Below, one piece after another: positions 40,194 through 53,839 of a stretch of 64,000 nt of DNA. A program made the position numbers and the translations under genes. Under the pieces are notes generated by a model, which did no database searches, had not been told where the DNA came from, and saw only the letters and a program-made list of their open reading frames with translations. The first letter of the stretch is position 1. Every line of letters starts with the position of its first letter. The DNA is taken from positions 62,001 to 126,000 of the forward strand of contig JBFLGF010000084.1 in NCBI GenBank assembly GCA_050230475.1, in the 5' to 3' direction. Source of the stretch: Ancylonema sp. Lineage: Eukaryota.

Positions 40194-43100
40194 ATGGCTG
40201 TCCCGACGGCAGCTGGGTTGTTGCATTGTCAGCTTGGAACCTCTTGCGGTGGCTCACATTTGTATCATGATAAAGTTTCCAGATTATGCGCCTCCGAAGC
40301 AACCTCATTTTTAAAAGTATCGGCACACGTTGAGGCCAGTAGAATCAGATTAGAGCGCGGCTCGAAGCTGGAATGTGCACTTAGATCCACATCTTTGAAT
40401 GAACTCGCATCTTTGAGTATTGTCTCAGGTCACCAGTTGCGCCAAAAATTAAACAGGAGGAAACGAAGAAGCCATACAGTTTGTGAAGCAGGTGCTTCTG
40501 TGGATACCCGCCCTGAAATTGAAGCGCCAGTGAATGTGAATATTCCTGCTACGGAGGCCCCCGTAGATAATTCGCAAGACAACGGAGGGAGGCAATACTT
40601 TCCTCTTGCTTCTGTCGTTGGTCAGGTGAGGTGATCTCTCTCAGCATCCCATCCACTTTTGATGACACTTTCTCTTCACACGATGCACTTAACGCCTGCT
40701 TTTGTACTCACCTGCTCCTGTACTCACTGCAGCAATGCCGAGTCACCTTTTTCCTACGTTCAAGAAACAATAAAGTCGGCGCTGCTTCTTGGCGCAGTAG
40801 ACTTGAACATAGGGGGTCGCGCAATCGTTGGAAGGCGCGGAACAACAAAAACTGTCATGGCTAGAGGGCTGCACGCAATTGTCCCGCGAAGTGAAGTAGT
40901 GGATGGAAGTTTTGCGAATGCGGACCCTGAAGTTCCTCAAGAGTGAGAACGACTGGCTGCCGCTCAATAACAAGTCATGTTATACTTTGCAAGAAGCTAA
41001 GATGACATTGTAGAACAAGTCAAGCAAGTCAAGCGAGTCAAGCAAGCAGAGACTGTCATGTAGTTTTGTAGCCATGTGTGCTAGAAACTTGGATGTTAAA
41101 TATCAAATAGGACCATTATGCATCTGTGTCATCCTTCAGAAATCAGTGGCATCAATAAGTTTCTGACCTCAAAAACTAAACCCAATCTTAAACTGGATTC
41201 GACAAAATAAACCCTGTCAACTTTCATTGCTATCCAACCCTGATCGATCCTACATGATGACATGCTTCCGGAACTCACTAACATTGTTGTCTGTAACTTA
41301 TTGGTGCTTCGTGATGCAGATGGGAAACAGGACTAGAACCTCAGTATAATGTAGATGGCAGTATTAAAACCTCCGTGATTCCGTCACCATTTATTCAGGT
41401 ATGGCATCTGAAACTTGGATATTGGCATTCGGGAGAACAACATATTCCTGTATTTGTTGGGCTTTGAGATGGGCATGCCGATCACGCAGGGAATAATGTC
41501 AAGTTGCTATAGATAGGTCAGAAGTGCATAGGTGGCTCTTGGATTTCAACCTGCTGACCTTATCCCCAGGCTAATTTAGTCTGTGGTGGGGAAAGCAGAT
41601 TCCTTTGGGAGTTACAGAGGATCGGTTGATAGGTTCAGTGGATGTGGAGGAGAGCATAAAGACAGGAACGACCGTGTATCAGCCCGGTTTGTTGGCTGAG
41701 GCTCACCGCGGGGTATTGTACATCGATGAGATCAACCTCATGGACGACGGCATTAGCAACTTGTTACTCAATGTTCTCACCGAAGGTGTGAACATTGTGG
41801 AGAGGGAGGGTGTGAGTATCCGCCATCCCTGCCGGCCCCTGCTCATCGCCACCTACAATCCAGAGGAGGGGTCTGTCAGAGAGCACATGCTTGACCGCAT
41901 TGCCATCACTCTCAGGTATGTGATGTGTATCCAAGTGGGATAAGGCTGAGGCAGATAGGTGCAAAAGGATATCAACAGTGACAACAGTGTGATTCTCCTT
42001 AGGCAGAAAAAAAGTCACTGGACATCAACATAAACCCCAGGTTTTAAAAAAGTGAAAGATCGAGAGGATTTTGAGTGCACATATGCGACCAAAGCGTGTA
42101 GTCGTCGGGCATGTGATTATCGGATCTGGTTAGGCAATAGTGGATTCGATGGGAAGCAGGCCTCGGGGTATAGGACAGCCACTGAGGCTATTTGCTCAAG
42201 GCTGCCTGTGCCTGGGGTTGCAGCTCTGACGTAGTCCAGGAGTTCAACGACCGAGTGACAGCGGTGGAGATCGCCACAAACTTCCAAAACGGGGCGCGGG
42301 CTGTGCTGAACGACTCTGCAGATGCCACGGACGCGTGTCGCACACAGGTGAATCATGGATGGAACACTCACTGTTTGTGAGGCTCAGAGGGTAGCAAGGT
42401 TTAGGATAACAGGTGGTGCCGAAGCCTATGTCGCACTGTGTGCCAGAATCTGAGTGTGGCATATACATATACATGCTCACGCAGGTCATTCTGGCTCGGG
42501 AGTACCTGAAGGATGTGAAGATCAGCAGGGATCAGATCAAGTACCTGGTCACGGAGGCTGTCCGGGGCGTGTGCCAGGGGCACCGAGCTGAGCTGTATGC
42601 TGTCAAAGTGGCCATGGCCTCTGCAGCCCTAGAGGGGCGTGACCGAGTGAATGCAGACGACCTACGCAAGGCGGTAGAGCTAGTCATCATCCCCAGAGCC
42701 ACCGTCATTGAGATGCCACCCGATCAACAGCAGCAGCAGCAGCCTCCACCCCCTCCCCCTCCACCCCCGGCCCAGGCTGAGGACAAAGACGCCGAAGAGG
42801 AGGAAGAGGAGGACAAAGAGGATGAGGTGAGAAGACACGCAGTGGTGGTCTGGTTCCGTGTGCTGAGGTCATGGTGGGGTGATGGCAGGACGATGATAAG
42901 GAAGACGAGCAGGAGCCGAATCAGATTCCCGAGGAGTTTGTGTTCGACGATACGGAGGGGGGGAGGGTGGACCAGCAGCTCCTCATGTTCGCTCAGCAAG
43001 CCCAGAAATCCAAGGGGAAGGCGGGCAGAGCCAAGAACATCACCTTCTCTGAAGACCGCGGCCGCTTCATCAAGCCCATGCTGCCCAAAGTACGCCCCTC

Positions 43101-44489
43101 CCCTCCCCTCCTTCCTCCCCCGTGGCAGCAGGGAGGATCTGTCATCTTCTCCGCGGCTGGCAGGGTCCCGTGACGCGGCTGGCAGTGGATGCCACTCTTC
43201 GCGCAGCAGCTCCCTACCAGAAGGCGAGGAGGGCGCGGGCCATCCTGAACGGGCGCGAGACGAAGGGGTACGTGGAGCAGACAGACATGCGGTCTAAGAG
43301 GATGGCCAGGAAGGCAGGAGCGCTGGTACGTAACCCAACCTCCTTTCCTCCCTTCCTCCCTTCCTCCCAGTTGGAATCAGCAGGTTGCAACAGCTGGTAG
43401 GTTGGTTTTTTCTTTTCAGGTGATATTTGTGGTGGATGCAAGCGGCAGCATGGCCCTGAACCGCATGAACAACGCCAAGGGTGCTGCCATGCAGCTACTG
43501 GCAGAGAGCTACACCAGCAGGGACCAGGTGTCTATCATACCCTTCAGGGGAGACACAGCAGAAGTGCTGCTCCCACCCTCCCGCTCCATTGCCATGGCCA
43601 GGAAACGGTTGGACAGACTGCCGTGTGGGGGAGGGTCTCCTTTGGCCCATGGCCTCACTACAGCCGTCCGAGTGGGGCTGAATGCTCAGTCTAGCGGGGA
43701 CACGGGGCGGGTGATGATCGTGGCAATCACAGACGGCAGAGCCAACGTGTCGCTCAAAAAGTCTCTGGGCGATGCACAGGCAATGGAACCAGGAGCTAAG
43801 CCAACGCAGAAGGAGCTGAAGGTAGGGTAGAGATGAGATTAGAGGGGGGAGTTAGTGGGGGTGTTAGAGGGGGGGGGTGGTTATAGGTGTTAGGTGTTAG
43901 AGGTGTTAGAGGTAAGAGGGGTGAAAGGGGCAACCAATGATTACACAATCTCAACCATTACTGACCTGGTGGCAACATCAGATGAGGATAGAGAATCCTT
44001 CAGTCTTCAGAATGAGGTTGCCTCAGGAACAGAGGGCACATATGTTGCATACAGAAGGGGAATAAGTCGATAGCAGGGCACGGCGCGAGGAGATGAAGCA
44101 TTGGGCTGTGGGCTGTGGGCTCTGGTGTGGTTGTAGGATGAGATTTTGGACATCTCTGCCAAGATCTTGAGAGCGCAGATGTCCCTCCTGGTAATCGACA
44201 CGGAGAACAAGTTCATCTCCACAGGCTTTGCCAAGGAGATTGCTCGAGTTGCTGGAGGTAAGGCATCTGCAGCTGCTAGTGCAGGTTCCACAGAAGTAGA
44301 TGAGAGCTGTTTGTATGCACCTAGGCAGATTCGAAATTCCGCAGCAGGCTCATTCTAAGTGCTTCCCTGGCTGACTAGCAGGTGCACATGTTGCTTGGTG
44401 CAGGGAAGTACTATTACTTGCCAAATGCTTCAGACGCTGTGGTCTCTGCAGCAACCAAAGAGGCTCTCACGCAGTTTAAGAATACTTAG
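40194..44489 (+). CDS. CHLD: Magnesium chelatase subunit D (plastid), 11 exons; intron-1 acceptor defective, so possibly a pseudogene
   Basis: Transit peptide, [13 protein letters not shown], [35 protein letters not shown], poly-Pro/acidic linker, v[38 protein letters not shown], stop TAG 44487-44489. Confidence 0.93.
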
Positions 44490-45409
44490 TTAGCGCACCT
44501 AAAAAGATCTGTACCCCGAGGCACGAGGTGTATGGAATATTCAGGTCGGACACTTGCTCCATGAGTAGCTTTTCATGTTCAATTAATACTACACAACATT
44601 CTGAACGCCCCCCAAGGCATGCCGGACATTTTTTTTGGGTATCTATATTAGAATGGAGTGTCTCATCAAGTTGATCAAGGACCATCAATTGGCTTGATAT
44701 GAGGGTCAGACATTGTGTCACATATTTGGTATGTGTGGCGAAGTTAATTGAATGGTTATAATGAGAAGGTGTGGAGAAGGGTACTTGTATTTTGCCCCAA
44801 TACAGTTGTAATGGCCGACACGTAAAGTCAAACACACTCAAAGTATATTTTCGTAACTATCAGCCCCGATCTCAAAATCGAATCGAATGAGGCGGGGTCG
44901 ACTCAATCCGATCGGTGAATGTGTAATAAGAATGTATTCGGGTGAGGAGTTCCGATTAACTACTCATGGTATAGCATTTGTGGTCCTAGGCATAGCATAG
45001 ACACATAAGAGGCGACAAATGTTGTTGCTATTGTTGTATGAAAGTGTTACAAGCGTGCTACATTGTTACATCTTATTATAATCTAGAGCGCGGCTTTGCC
45101 AATCTTATAGAATGGTCCTCAATTGGACTAGCTGCCATTTCAATTCCTGTCGACCAACCCTAATCAAGGAGTCCGACACTCCACCAGCTCACTCGCTTGT
45201 TCGATAAATACGAAAGTCCTGTTCCAATCCCCATCCCCATCCCCATCTTGAGGACACATTTCTCACCCTTTTCTAGACCGAGTCCGGTTAACCAGCAATA
45301 TTGCTATCAATCCGGACCGTGTCCCGGGCGGGACGGCGGTCCTTGTGACGGACGTTTGTCTTGAGACTGCATCATGCTCGTGGTTGAATCGCAAGCGAGA
45401 CGCGAGGAC

Positions 45410-45555
45410 GAGTGTCACGTTCCAATAGGTTGGTACGTGGACAGTTCACGCAGGCGCTTCCGCGTACATTGGATACCAATCCCTTGACCATCCTGACAAC
45501 TTTGCCACGTAGGTTCAGTGACAAGGACGTCCACGCGGCAACTCAACGCGGCAAC
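45410..45555 (+). promoter_or_regulatory. Cluster of ACGT-core (ABRE/G-box-like) and CGCG boxes upstream of the small membrane-protein gene
   Basis: gtcacgtt, gtacgtgg, gccacgta (reverse complement TACGTGGC), gacgtc and two acgcggc within ~150 bp, 200-350 bp upstream of the ATG at 45760. Confidence 0.35.
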
Positions 45556-45759
45556 TCAAAGGCTGCCGATTGCTCAGCAACCGTTCGAAGTCCGAACTAT
45601 CAGGCACAGCATCTGATAGAAGGTAGGGGCGGCGCTTCCCCATGCACCTTAGACCCATGCCTCTACAAAAACTTCACACTATATGCGCTGTTCGCGTCAC
45701 ACCCTAAATTCTCTTTCTAGAATCTCTTCGTATTTATTTGCCGAATTCTTAAGATCTCC

Positions 45760-46618
45760 ATGGCAGGGTCTCGTATGATGCGTTTAGCGGTGCTGTGTTT
45801 ATTAAGTTTCGTTCTGAGCGACCTCATTTTGCCTGTCCATTGCCGACTCCTAGCTTCAGTAGAAGCAGGTACAATATGGATGATGAATGAATGTTGATAA
45901 CTTAGGCGTCTTCAAGGCTAGTTTGGTAGTGCAGATTGCAGACTGCAGACTGCACATCTAATATTACTCCCCAATATTATGAAAGAAAATATAGAAGTTC
46001 AGCTCACGAACTCTCGATTTGACTTGACTTGACACTTGACCATGTATTCACGACACACTTTATCTGTGGTGACTCATTTTTTTTAAATGGTGATCTAAGT
46101 ATTGAATTCCAGTATCAATCAATCGCTGTGTTGCGTTGTATATTTCACGAATTATTCATATCTGGACGCACGATTTTAAGTGTTCCAGCCGTTGCCATGA
46201 ATTATTACCCACCTGACATTTCTTTCCATGTTTTCCTACAATCATTGCAGATTCGCTTATAACTGGGAGTACGAGGAGAATACTACAATACTATGGTGGC
46301 TCCTACGGCCGCTACCGTTACAGATTTCCCGGTTGGGGCATAGCCATAGTCTGTGTTGGTGTTGCCTTACTTTTGGTGTTCCTCTGTTGTTCATGCTTCA
46401 TGCGCCGTCGCGCCCTTAAGCGTTATCAGGACGGAATTGGTCCTGCACCAATGTTTTACCGAGGACAGCAATATCCCGCCGGTCAGGTTGTTACCGAAGG
46501 TTATCCGGCCACTCAGCAGTACCCCAACCAGCAGTACCCAAACCAACAGTACCCGAATCAGCATAACCCTAATCAGCAGTACCCTAATCAGCAGTATGGG
46601 GGAGCTGCACAGACTTAA
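45760..46618 (+). CDS. Small single-pass membrane protein (158 aa): signal peptide, RRIL site, TM, Cys cluster, QQYPN repeats
   Basis: Exons 45760-45868 and 46251-46618 join in frame across a GT-AG intron: MAGSRMMRLAVLCLLSFVLSDLILPVHCRLLASVEADSLITGSTRRILQYYGGSYGRYRYRFPGWGIAIVCVGVALLLVFLCCSCFMRRR...QQYPNQQYPNQQYPN...AAQT*. Confidence 0.85.
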
Positions 46619-47774
46619 GTTTCATCAGATTCTCTGACAGACAAGAGACGCTGATGAACACTTCCATCAAGTGTTTGAGCATAGGAGAACTGGAGCTAGT
46701 ATGTCGTATATACTGTATCATAAGAGGGAGGTGGGCTCAATCATTGTATTCTAGGTGGGTAATATTGGATTTTCCCGTTATTTTTGGCATTGTGGAAAGT
46801 GAAATTGTCGTCCGAGATAGTTCCATTCCAGATTGAAGATGATTCGAGATAATGTTTACGAATAATGGCAGATAGCCATGAAATTAATTTCTTTGTTCAA
46901 AGAAATTATTTTTATGTGGATTTAAATTTGTGACAAAAGAACAAAGAAATTTGAACCAATGGCTTACACAAGCAAACTACGCCACAACCGCCATGTTATA
47001 AAATAGTCTTTAGAAAACCAGCAATGTTGTGAAAGTGCATTATTGGATAGTACACAATTGCCTGAATGTAATTATCTACCTAAAGTCGAATTAGCGCTAT
47101 GTAATATACAACTGACTATAGCTTGCCAAATTAACATGCAATATGGTTTCCGTATGTTATCATACATAAGTAGAAAATTGTATTGAATTTTGAAGTTGTG
47201 TTCTCGATTTTACAAAACGAGTGTTATGGCAAAACTTACTAATGTTGCACGAGAAAGGTTATGAATATTTTGATACAAAAAAAGCCTTCCCTTAACAAAT
47301 GGAACGCATGAACATTTTTCTCAAACATTGTACTAAAATTCCCTTCTATAATCAATTACACTTGCTGCCAATTGTCATCACTAAATTACGACACAGATGA
47401 CAAAAATTCCCACTAGTATTTGCTTAGAAGCATACATGTCAAAAGAATAAGAGAGAAAATAGCAACCATAAAATTTCTTCTTTGTTAAAGGCGAATATGA
47501 ATATCAACTTTTGCGATGTAACAATCGCAAAAGTACAGTCCGCATCAACGATTACGTCATTTGATATACGAGACTGTATTCCAAACATAACATTTATGTT
47601 TGTGCTTTAAATGGCAGCAAATCCGATTTCACCAAGCAGTTAATGCAACCATTCTTGTGTCGTTCTTGTGTTGGCTAGGACTGCGTCCCAATTTCTATCG
47701 ACATTTCGTGACCGTACTCCTTACAATGGTCCGTACACTCGTGTCCAAGCAAAATCGAAAATAATTTACTAAAT

Positions 47775-49339
47775 GCATCTTTGAGGACTGTCTCAGGTTA
47801 CCAGTTGCGCCAAAAATTAAACAGGAGGAAACGAAGAAGCCATATAGTTTGTGAAGCAGTTGCTTCTGTGGATACCCGCCCTGAAATTGAAGCTCCAATG
47901 AATGTGAATATTCCTGCTACGGAGGCCCCCGTAGATAATTCGCAAGACAACGGAGGGAGGCAATACTTTCCTATTTCTTCTGTCGTTGGTCAGGTGAGGT
48001 GATCTCTCTCAACATCCACTTTTGATGACACTTTCTCTTCACACGATGCACTTAACGCCTGCTTTTGTACTCACCTGCTCCTGTACTCACTGCAGCAATG
48101 CCGAGTCACCTTTTTCCTACGTTCAAGAAACAATAAAGTCGGCGCTGCTTCTTGGCGCAGTAGACTTGAACATAGGGGGTCGCGCAATCGTTGGAAGGCG
48201 CGGAACAACAAAAACTGTCATGGCTAGAGGGCTGCACGCAATTGTCCCGCGAAGTGAAGTAGTGGATGGAAGTTTTGCGAATGCGGACCCTGAAGTTCCT
48301 CAAGAGTGAGAACGACTGGCTGCCGCTCAATAACAAGTCATGTTATACTTTGCAAGAAGCTAAGATGACATTGTAGAACAAGTCAAGCAAGTCAAGCGAG
48401 TCAAGCAAGCAGAGCCACTGTCATGTAGTTTTGTAGCCATGTGTGCTAGAAACTTGGATGTTAAATATCAAATAGGACCATTATGCATCTGTGTCATCCT
48501 TCAGAAATCAGTGGCATCAATAAGTTTCTGACCTCAAAAACTAAACCCAATCTTAAACTGGATTCGACAAAATAAACCCTGTCAACTTTCATTGCTATCC
48601 AACCCTGATCGATCCTACATGATGACATGCTTCCGGAACTCACTAACATTGTTGTCTGTAACTTATTGGTGCTTCGTGATGCAGATGGGAAACAGGACTA
48701 TGAAAGTGAATCCATTGCGACGGAAAACACTTTTACCCTCAATAGAATCTCTTAAAGTGCCCATACACATCAATAATTCACAGCACACTCGACAGCCATG
48801 AATTCGCTGAATAAAATATTAGATTATCCAAAGACCAATTATGGTCTTTGTTTCGTGCCCGACACTTTGGTCGGTTGCCTCATGATCTTGTCAGAGGACT
48901 TTTAGTTTATAAGTGAACCGTTGGTCAAAGATATCTCAAGTCAACATAGTCTCTAAATATGCCCGTTCGTGCGCACTACTCAACGAATACAAATAACTCC
49001 CAAAGCTAAATAAACTTGTTCAAATGACCACGACATCTAATAACCAGCCTAGCCTCCAATTAGGTGCGGTTGGCTGCCCAACCGACTGGTTCAACACTTA
49101 GGCATAATTGTTGCCTTGCTCACAGACTACAACCTTAGTATAATGTAGATGGCAGTATTAAAACCTTCGTGATTCCGTCACCATTTATTCAGGTATGGAA
49201 TCTGAAACTTGGATATTGGCATTCGGGAGAACAACATATGAAGTACAGGGTTGTTTATAAGGCTTTGAGATGGGCATGCCGATCACGCAGGGAATAATGT
49301 CAAGTTGCTACAGATAGGTCAAAAGTGCATAGGTGGCTC
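47775..49339 (+). pseudogene. CHLD: Partial tandem duplicate of CHLD (mid exon 1 to intron 3), interrupted by a solo LTR
   Basis: Near-identical to 40407-41539 including introns. It lacks the start, has an LTR inserted in exon 3, and is truncated by the copia at 49340. Confidence 0.95.
48701..49124 (-). mobile_element. Solo LTR of the copia family at 49340, inverted
   Basis: tgaaag...gctcaca with 5-bp TSD gacta; its reverse complement matches the LTR at 49340. Confidence 0.92.
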
Positions 49340-52300
49340 TGTGAGCAAAGCAACAGTAATGCCTAAGTGTTGGACCTGTCAGTTGGGAAGCCAACCGCAC
49401 CTAGCTGGAGGCTAGGCTGGATATTAGATGTGATGGTCATTTGACCAAGTTTATTAGCTTTGGGAAGTTTTCTTATTCGTTGACTAGTGGGCATGAACGG
49501 GAATATTTATGGAGAACATATTGACTTGACATATCATTGACCACCGGTTCGATCCAGACCAAAAGTCCTCTGACAAGATCATGAGGCAAAAGACTGTATG
49601 CCGTGCACAAAACAAGGACCAGATTTGGTCCTTGGAATGTCTCATATTTTATTCGGGAATTTCATGGCTCACTGTGAATTCGAGATGTGTATGGGCACTA
49701 TATTAGATTCATTTACGTGTAAAAGTGTTTTCCATCACTATAGATTCGCTTTAAAAAGAATGATGCTGGTTGTGGCCCTAGTGGGGGAGCTCGAGGAGGT
49801 GGGGGAGCTAGAGGTTGAGGTGGAAGTTCAGATTAGGGGAGGCCACCGATGCAACCTCGACCCAAACTCCTTCCTCATGGCAAGAAGGCGCAGGCTCGAG
49901 GAGGAGCTTTATCATTTTTCTTTGAGGAGGTGATGGGTGCGGACGTGGGAAAAGTGGCAGAAGTTGTGGAGTGACTAGGGGATACGAGGGCATCGAGGCA
50001 TGTCTGCAATGACCTATCCTTGATGCAGGACGTCTGGACAAGGGAGAAGCCCATTTTGCTGCGATAGCTGGTTGGAGACATCCACGTCTACACCACCGGG
50101 ACGGTGCAGCTGGAGTGCCCCAACGATTCAAGGGGTAGCAGAGTCGTCAACCTTCTCGTCACCTGTTACATCCCGACGCGAAGTTCAACCTGTTCAGCCT
50201 CCAAAAGCTAAGGAAAATTCTCTATGTTACGGAGCATGGTGACCAGCTCGGAACTCAGTGGGTAAGGAATCCTCAAGGGGAGTTCTTCATGGGGATGAAA
50301 GAGGACTTGGAGGGTCGAGCTATCATCGACTGAACCACCCTGCTGCCAGACACTGCAGCCTAGCCGAAGTGGTGAAGATTGAGGGAGAGAAGGTGGAGGA
50401 GCCAGGAGAGGTGGTGAAGGAGGAGAAAAAGGAGGAGGCATTTGTTGCTGCACTTGATGTCACGGTGCTGCACAAGAGGGTAGGACACTTAGGGAAGGCG
50501 GGGACAGAGAGGTTGGCTCGGGAGGGGTTGGTCAGTCAATGGGCTCGAGGGTGGGGAGATGGAGATGTGCGAGGGCTGTGAGTTGTCACGACCCCGACCT
50601 TCACCCTCACCGATATGTTGACCTTTCGCACCGATCCACTCGTCCACTTGAGCTTGTCCACGTTGACTTGGCAGGACCAATTCGAGTGCAATCATGGGGA
50701 GGATCGAAGTACATGTTTGTGCTGGTCGACGACTACAGCACGAAATCGTGGGTGATGCTGCTGAAGAATAAGGCCGAGGCTAGAGATCGCATGAAGGAGT
50801 GGAAGGCCGTGGTGGAGAACGAGAGGGGGTTGAAGTTGGGGAGGCTTCGAATAGATAATGGTGGGGAGTTCACAAGTGCATCTCTTTGCACTTGGCTGAA
50901 GGAGAAGGGAGTTAGCCAGGAGTTCACTCCACCTCGGACTCCACAAGCCAATGGAGTAGCTAAGCGAATGAACCGGACCTTGCAAGAGATGGCGAAATCG
51001 ATGATGCAAGCCACAGGATTTGGAGGAGGAAGTTGGGGAGAGGTATTTTTGACTGCCAGCTACCTTCGCAATCGAGGTCCGGTGAGGGACCTTTCATCGA
51101 CACCACAGGAGATGTGGAGTGGGGTGAAGCCCAACATCTCCCACCTCCGGGCCTATGGGTGCAAGGTGTACTGTCCCATCGACAAGATGCAGAGGGGGGG
51201 CAAGCTAGGCCAGTGCGGTATGTAGGAGTGCTGGTGGGGTATGCTTAAGAACAACCCTTCCTACAAGGTACGGAACCCCCTCAAGGCCAAGAAGGCGGCC
51301 AACGTGGGGGGGCAAAGTTCGATGAATCGGTGGGGAAGGCATGGTGGAGAGGTGGGCTGGGAATGAAGGACCTGGCAGACATGGAGGTAGTCACTTTTCC
51401 AGATGCAGAGGGGGATACGGATATCCCAACCGATGGGATGGATGGCGAGGCACCCCCAGCCGTCCCGGGTGGAGGCCAGCCGCTTGGAGGGGGTGGGGCA
51501 CCCGATGCAAGCCAGCCGGTGGATGGGGTGGGAAACTTGGAGGAAGTCGACGAGGAAGGCATCGACCCCAACATGCCTGACCTGCTGGAGTGGAATGAGG
51601 AGATCGGGGCTTACGGTTACCCGGATAGTGATGATGATGAGGAGGATGAAGAGGAGGAGGGAGGTCAGGGTGGAGAAGATCCCCCGGTTGTGAGGAGCAG
51701 CACTCGTGGCAACAAGGGTGTACCCCCGACACGCTACCACGACGTGTTCGAGCTTGCTGTAGACATTATGAGCCTCCCTACGGTGGCGATGGCTCTCGAT
51801 GGGGAGACAGGTGTTGAGTGGGCTGCTGCGATGGAAGCGGAGCTGGACTCCCTATGGGAGAACGAAGTGTACGAGGAGGTGCTACGACCTTCGGGGAAGG
51901 TGATTGGTACAAAATGGGTGATGAGGTGAAAATCGATGCATCTGGCAATCTGGACAAATTTAAGGCTAGAGTAGTGGCGAAGGGATTTAGACAAGTGGAG
52001 GGGCTCGATCATGAGGAGACATTCGCTCCCACCGTCCGATTTGAGAGTGTCAAGGCACTAGTGGCACTAGCTGCAAGGATAGGCTGGCGAGGAGGGAGGA
52101 ACACTGCTGCTGCTCGACGACCAATCGGCCATCAAGTTGGCGAAGAATCCAGTGTTCCACAAGCGAAGCAAGCACATTGCGAACAAGCACAAGCAAGCAC
52201 ATCATTTCATTAAGATGAAAGTGGAGAACAAGGAGTTCAACCTTGAGTTTGTTAGGACTTTGTCGATGACAGCAGATCAATTGACTAAGCATGTGGGAGT

Positions 52301-52724
52301 AGGAAAGACCCTTATGGGAATGTGTTGTGGCTAGGAAGTAACTTAGTCATATCGTTGAGAGGGGGGTTGTGAGCAAGGCAACAATTGTGCCTAAGTGTTG
52401 GACCAGTCGGTTGGGAAGCCAACCGCACCTAGCTGTAGGCTAGGCTGGATATTAGATGTGGTGGTCATTTGACCAAGTTATTAGCTTTGGGAGGTTTTTG
52501 TATTCGTTGACTAGTTTGCACGAACGGGAATATTTAGAGACCATATTGACTTGAGACATCATTGACCAACGGTTCATTTCAGACCCAAAAGTCCTCTTAC
52601 AAGATCATGAGGCGACCGACCAAATGTCGAGCACGAAACAAGGACCAGACTTGGTCCTTGGTAATTTTAATCTTTTATTCGGGAAACTCATAGCTACTCT
52701 TTGTATTGTGAATTCCATATGTGT
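49340..52724 (+). mobile_element. Ty1/copia element, internally deleted
   Basis: LTRs 49340-~49754 and 52368-~52724 (truncated), PPT gagagggggg. Integrase (VHVDLAGP, DNGGEF). The RT N-terminus is joined directly to the RNase H tail (AKNPVFHKRSKHI). No PBS or gag start. Confidence 0.92.
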
Positions 52725-52918
52725 TGTAAGCGAATCCATTGTAATGGAAAAAGATTTTACTCTGAGTTTGAATCTCTTTTAGTGCCCATACACATCAATA
52801 ATTCACAGCACACTCGACAGCCATGAATTCGCTGAATACAAGATTAGAATTTCCAAAGACCAAATCTGGACTTTGTTTTGTGCGGTGTTTTGTGAGTTCG
52901 CCTCATGATCTTGTCACA
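52725..52918 (-). mobile_element. Partial inverted LTR of the same copia family
   Basis: Matches 48701-48893; abuts the gypsy LTR starting at 52919. Confidence 0.8.
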
Positions 52919-53839
52919 TGTTAGGACCACTCCCTTTAGTCACTAGTGCTCCTCTAGTTCGTATCCCTATCCTATAGTGCATTCCTATTGCCCCTAGTGC
53001 GCCCCTATTTCCCCTAGTGCGCCCCTAGTGCCCCTAGTGCGTGTTTAGTGCTTTGGTGCGTTTCTAGTGCGTGTTGAGTGCGTATTCCCGTTTATTTCCG
53101 TTCATTAGACATTACCGTTCGTCTGCCTACTTCCCGTTCCTAGTTCCCTTTCAGAGATTCTACCTCTTAGTACTTATGCTCGATAGGAACGTAGTTTTCT
53201 CGCGTTACACATCAATTCCATATTCCATCTCCCATTCCTTTTTCCATCTCCCATTCCTTGCATTTCAGTCTATCGCCTTTACTCTTTGATAGGAACAAAA
53301 ATGGTGGGGCTCCCAATTCTGGGAGCCCCGCCTTTATCCATCCATTTCCATCATCATTTTCAATATTTCATCTTCATTTTCAATATTCATTCTTAGTTTG
53401 GGAGTTTCGTCTCCTTCTTTACGTTTTTATTGGAGTCACGTCTCCATTCAGTATTTTTTTAAAGTAGGCTTTTTTTCAACATCCAACTTCAAATTCAGAC
53501 CAGTATTGAAAACCATCCATTTCCATCATCATTTCCATCATTATTTCCAATATTCATTATTTCATTATTAGTTGTTGGAGTTCCGTTGAAGTTCCGTTTC
53601 CATTCGGTGTTTTCAAAGTTTCATCTCATCATTCAAATACACATAGAGGCTCGCGAATTTATTGCAATCAATCAATACTTTATGGACAACAAATATACAC
53701 CGAAAATAAAAATAAAACTATGCTACTTTCCTACTACTATGCTACTTTCCTCCTCTTCTCTACACATTCTCTTCCTACCCCTCATGCAAACTTCTTCTCT
53801 ACTTCCTACTTTTCTCTACACGACTTTCTTTTGTCCACC

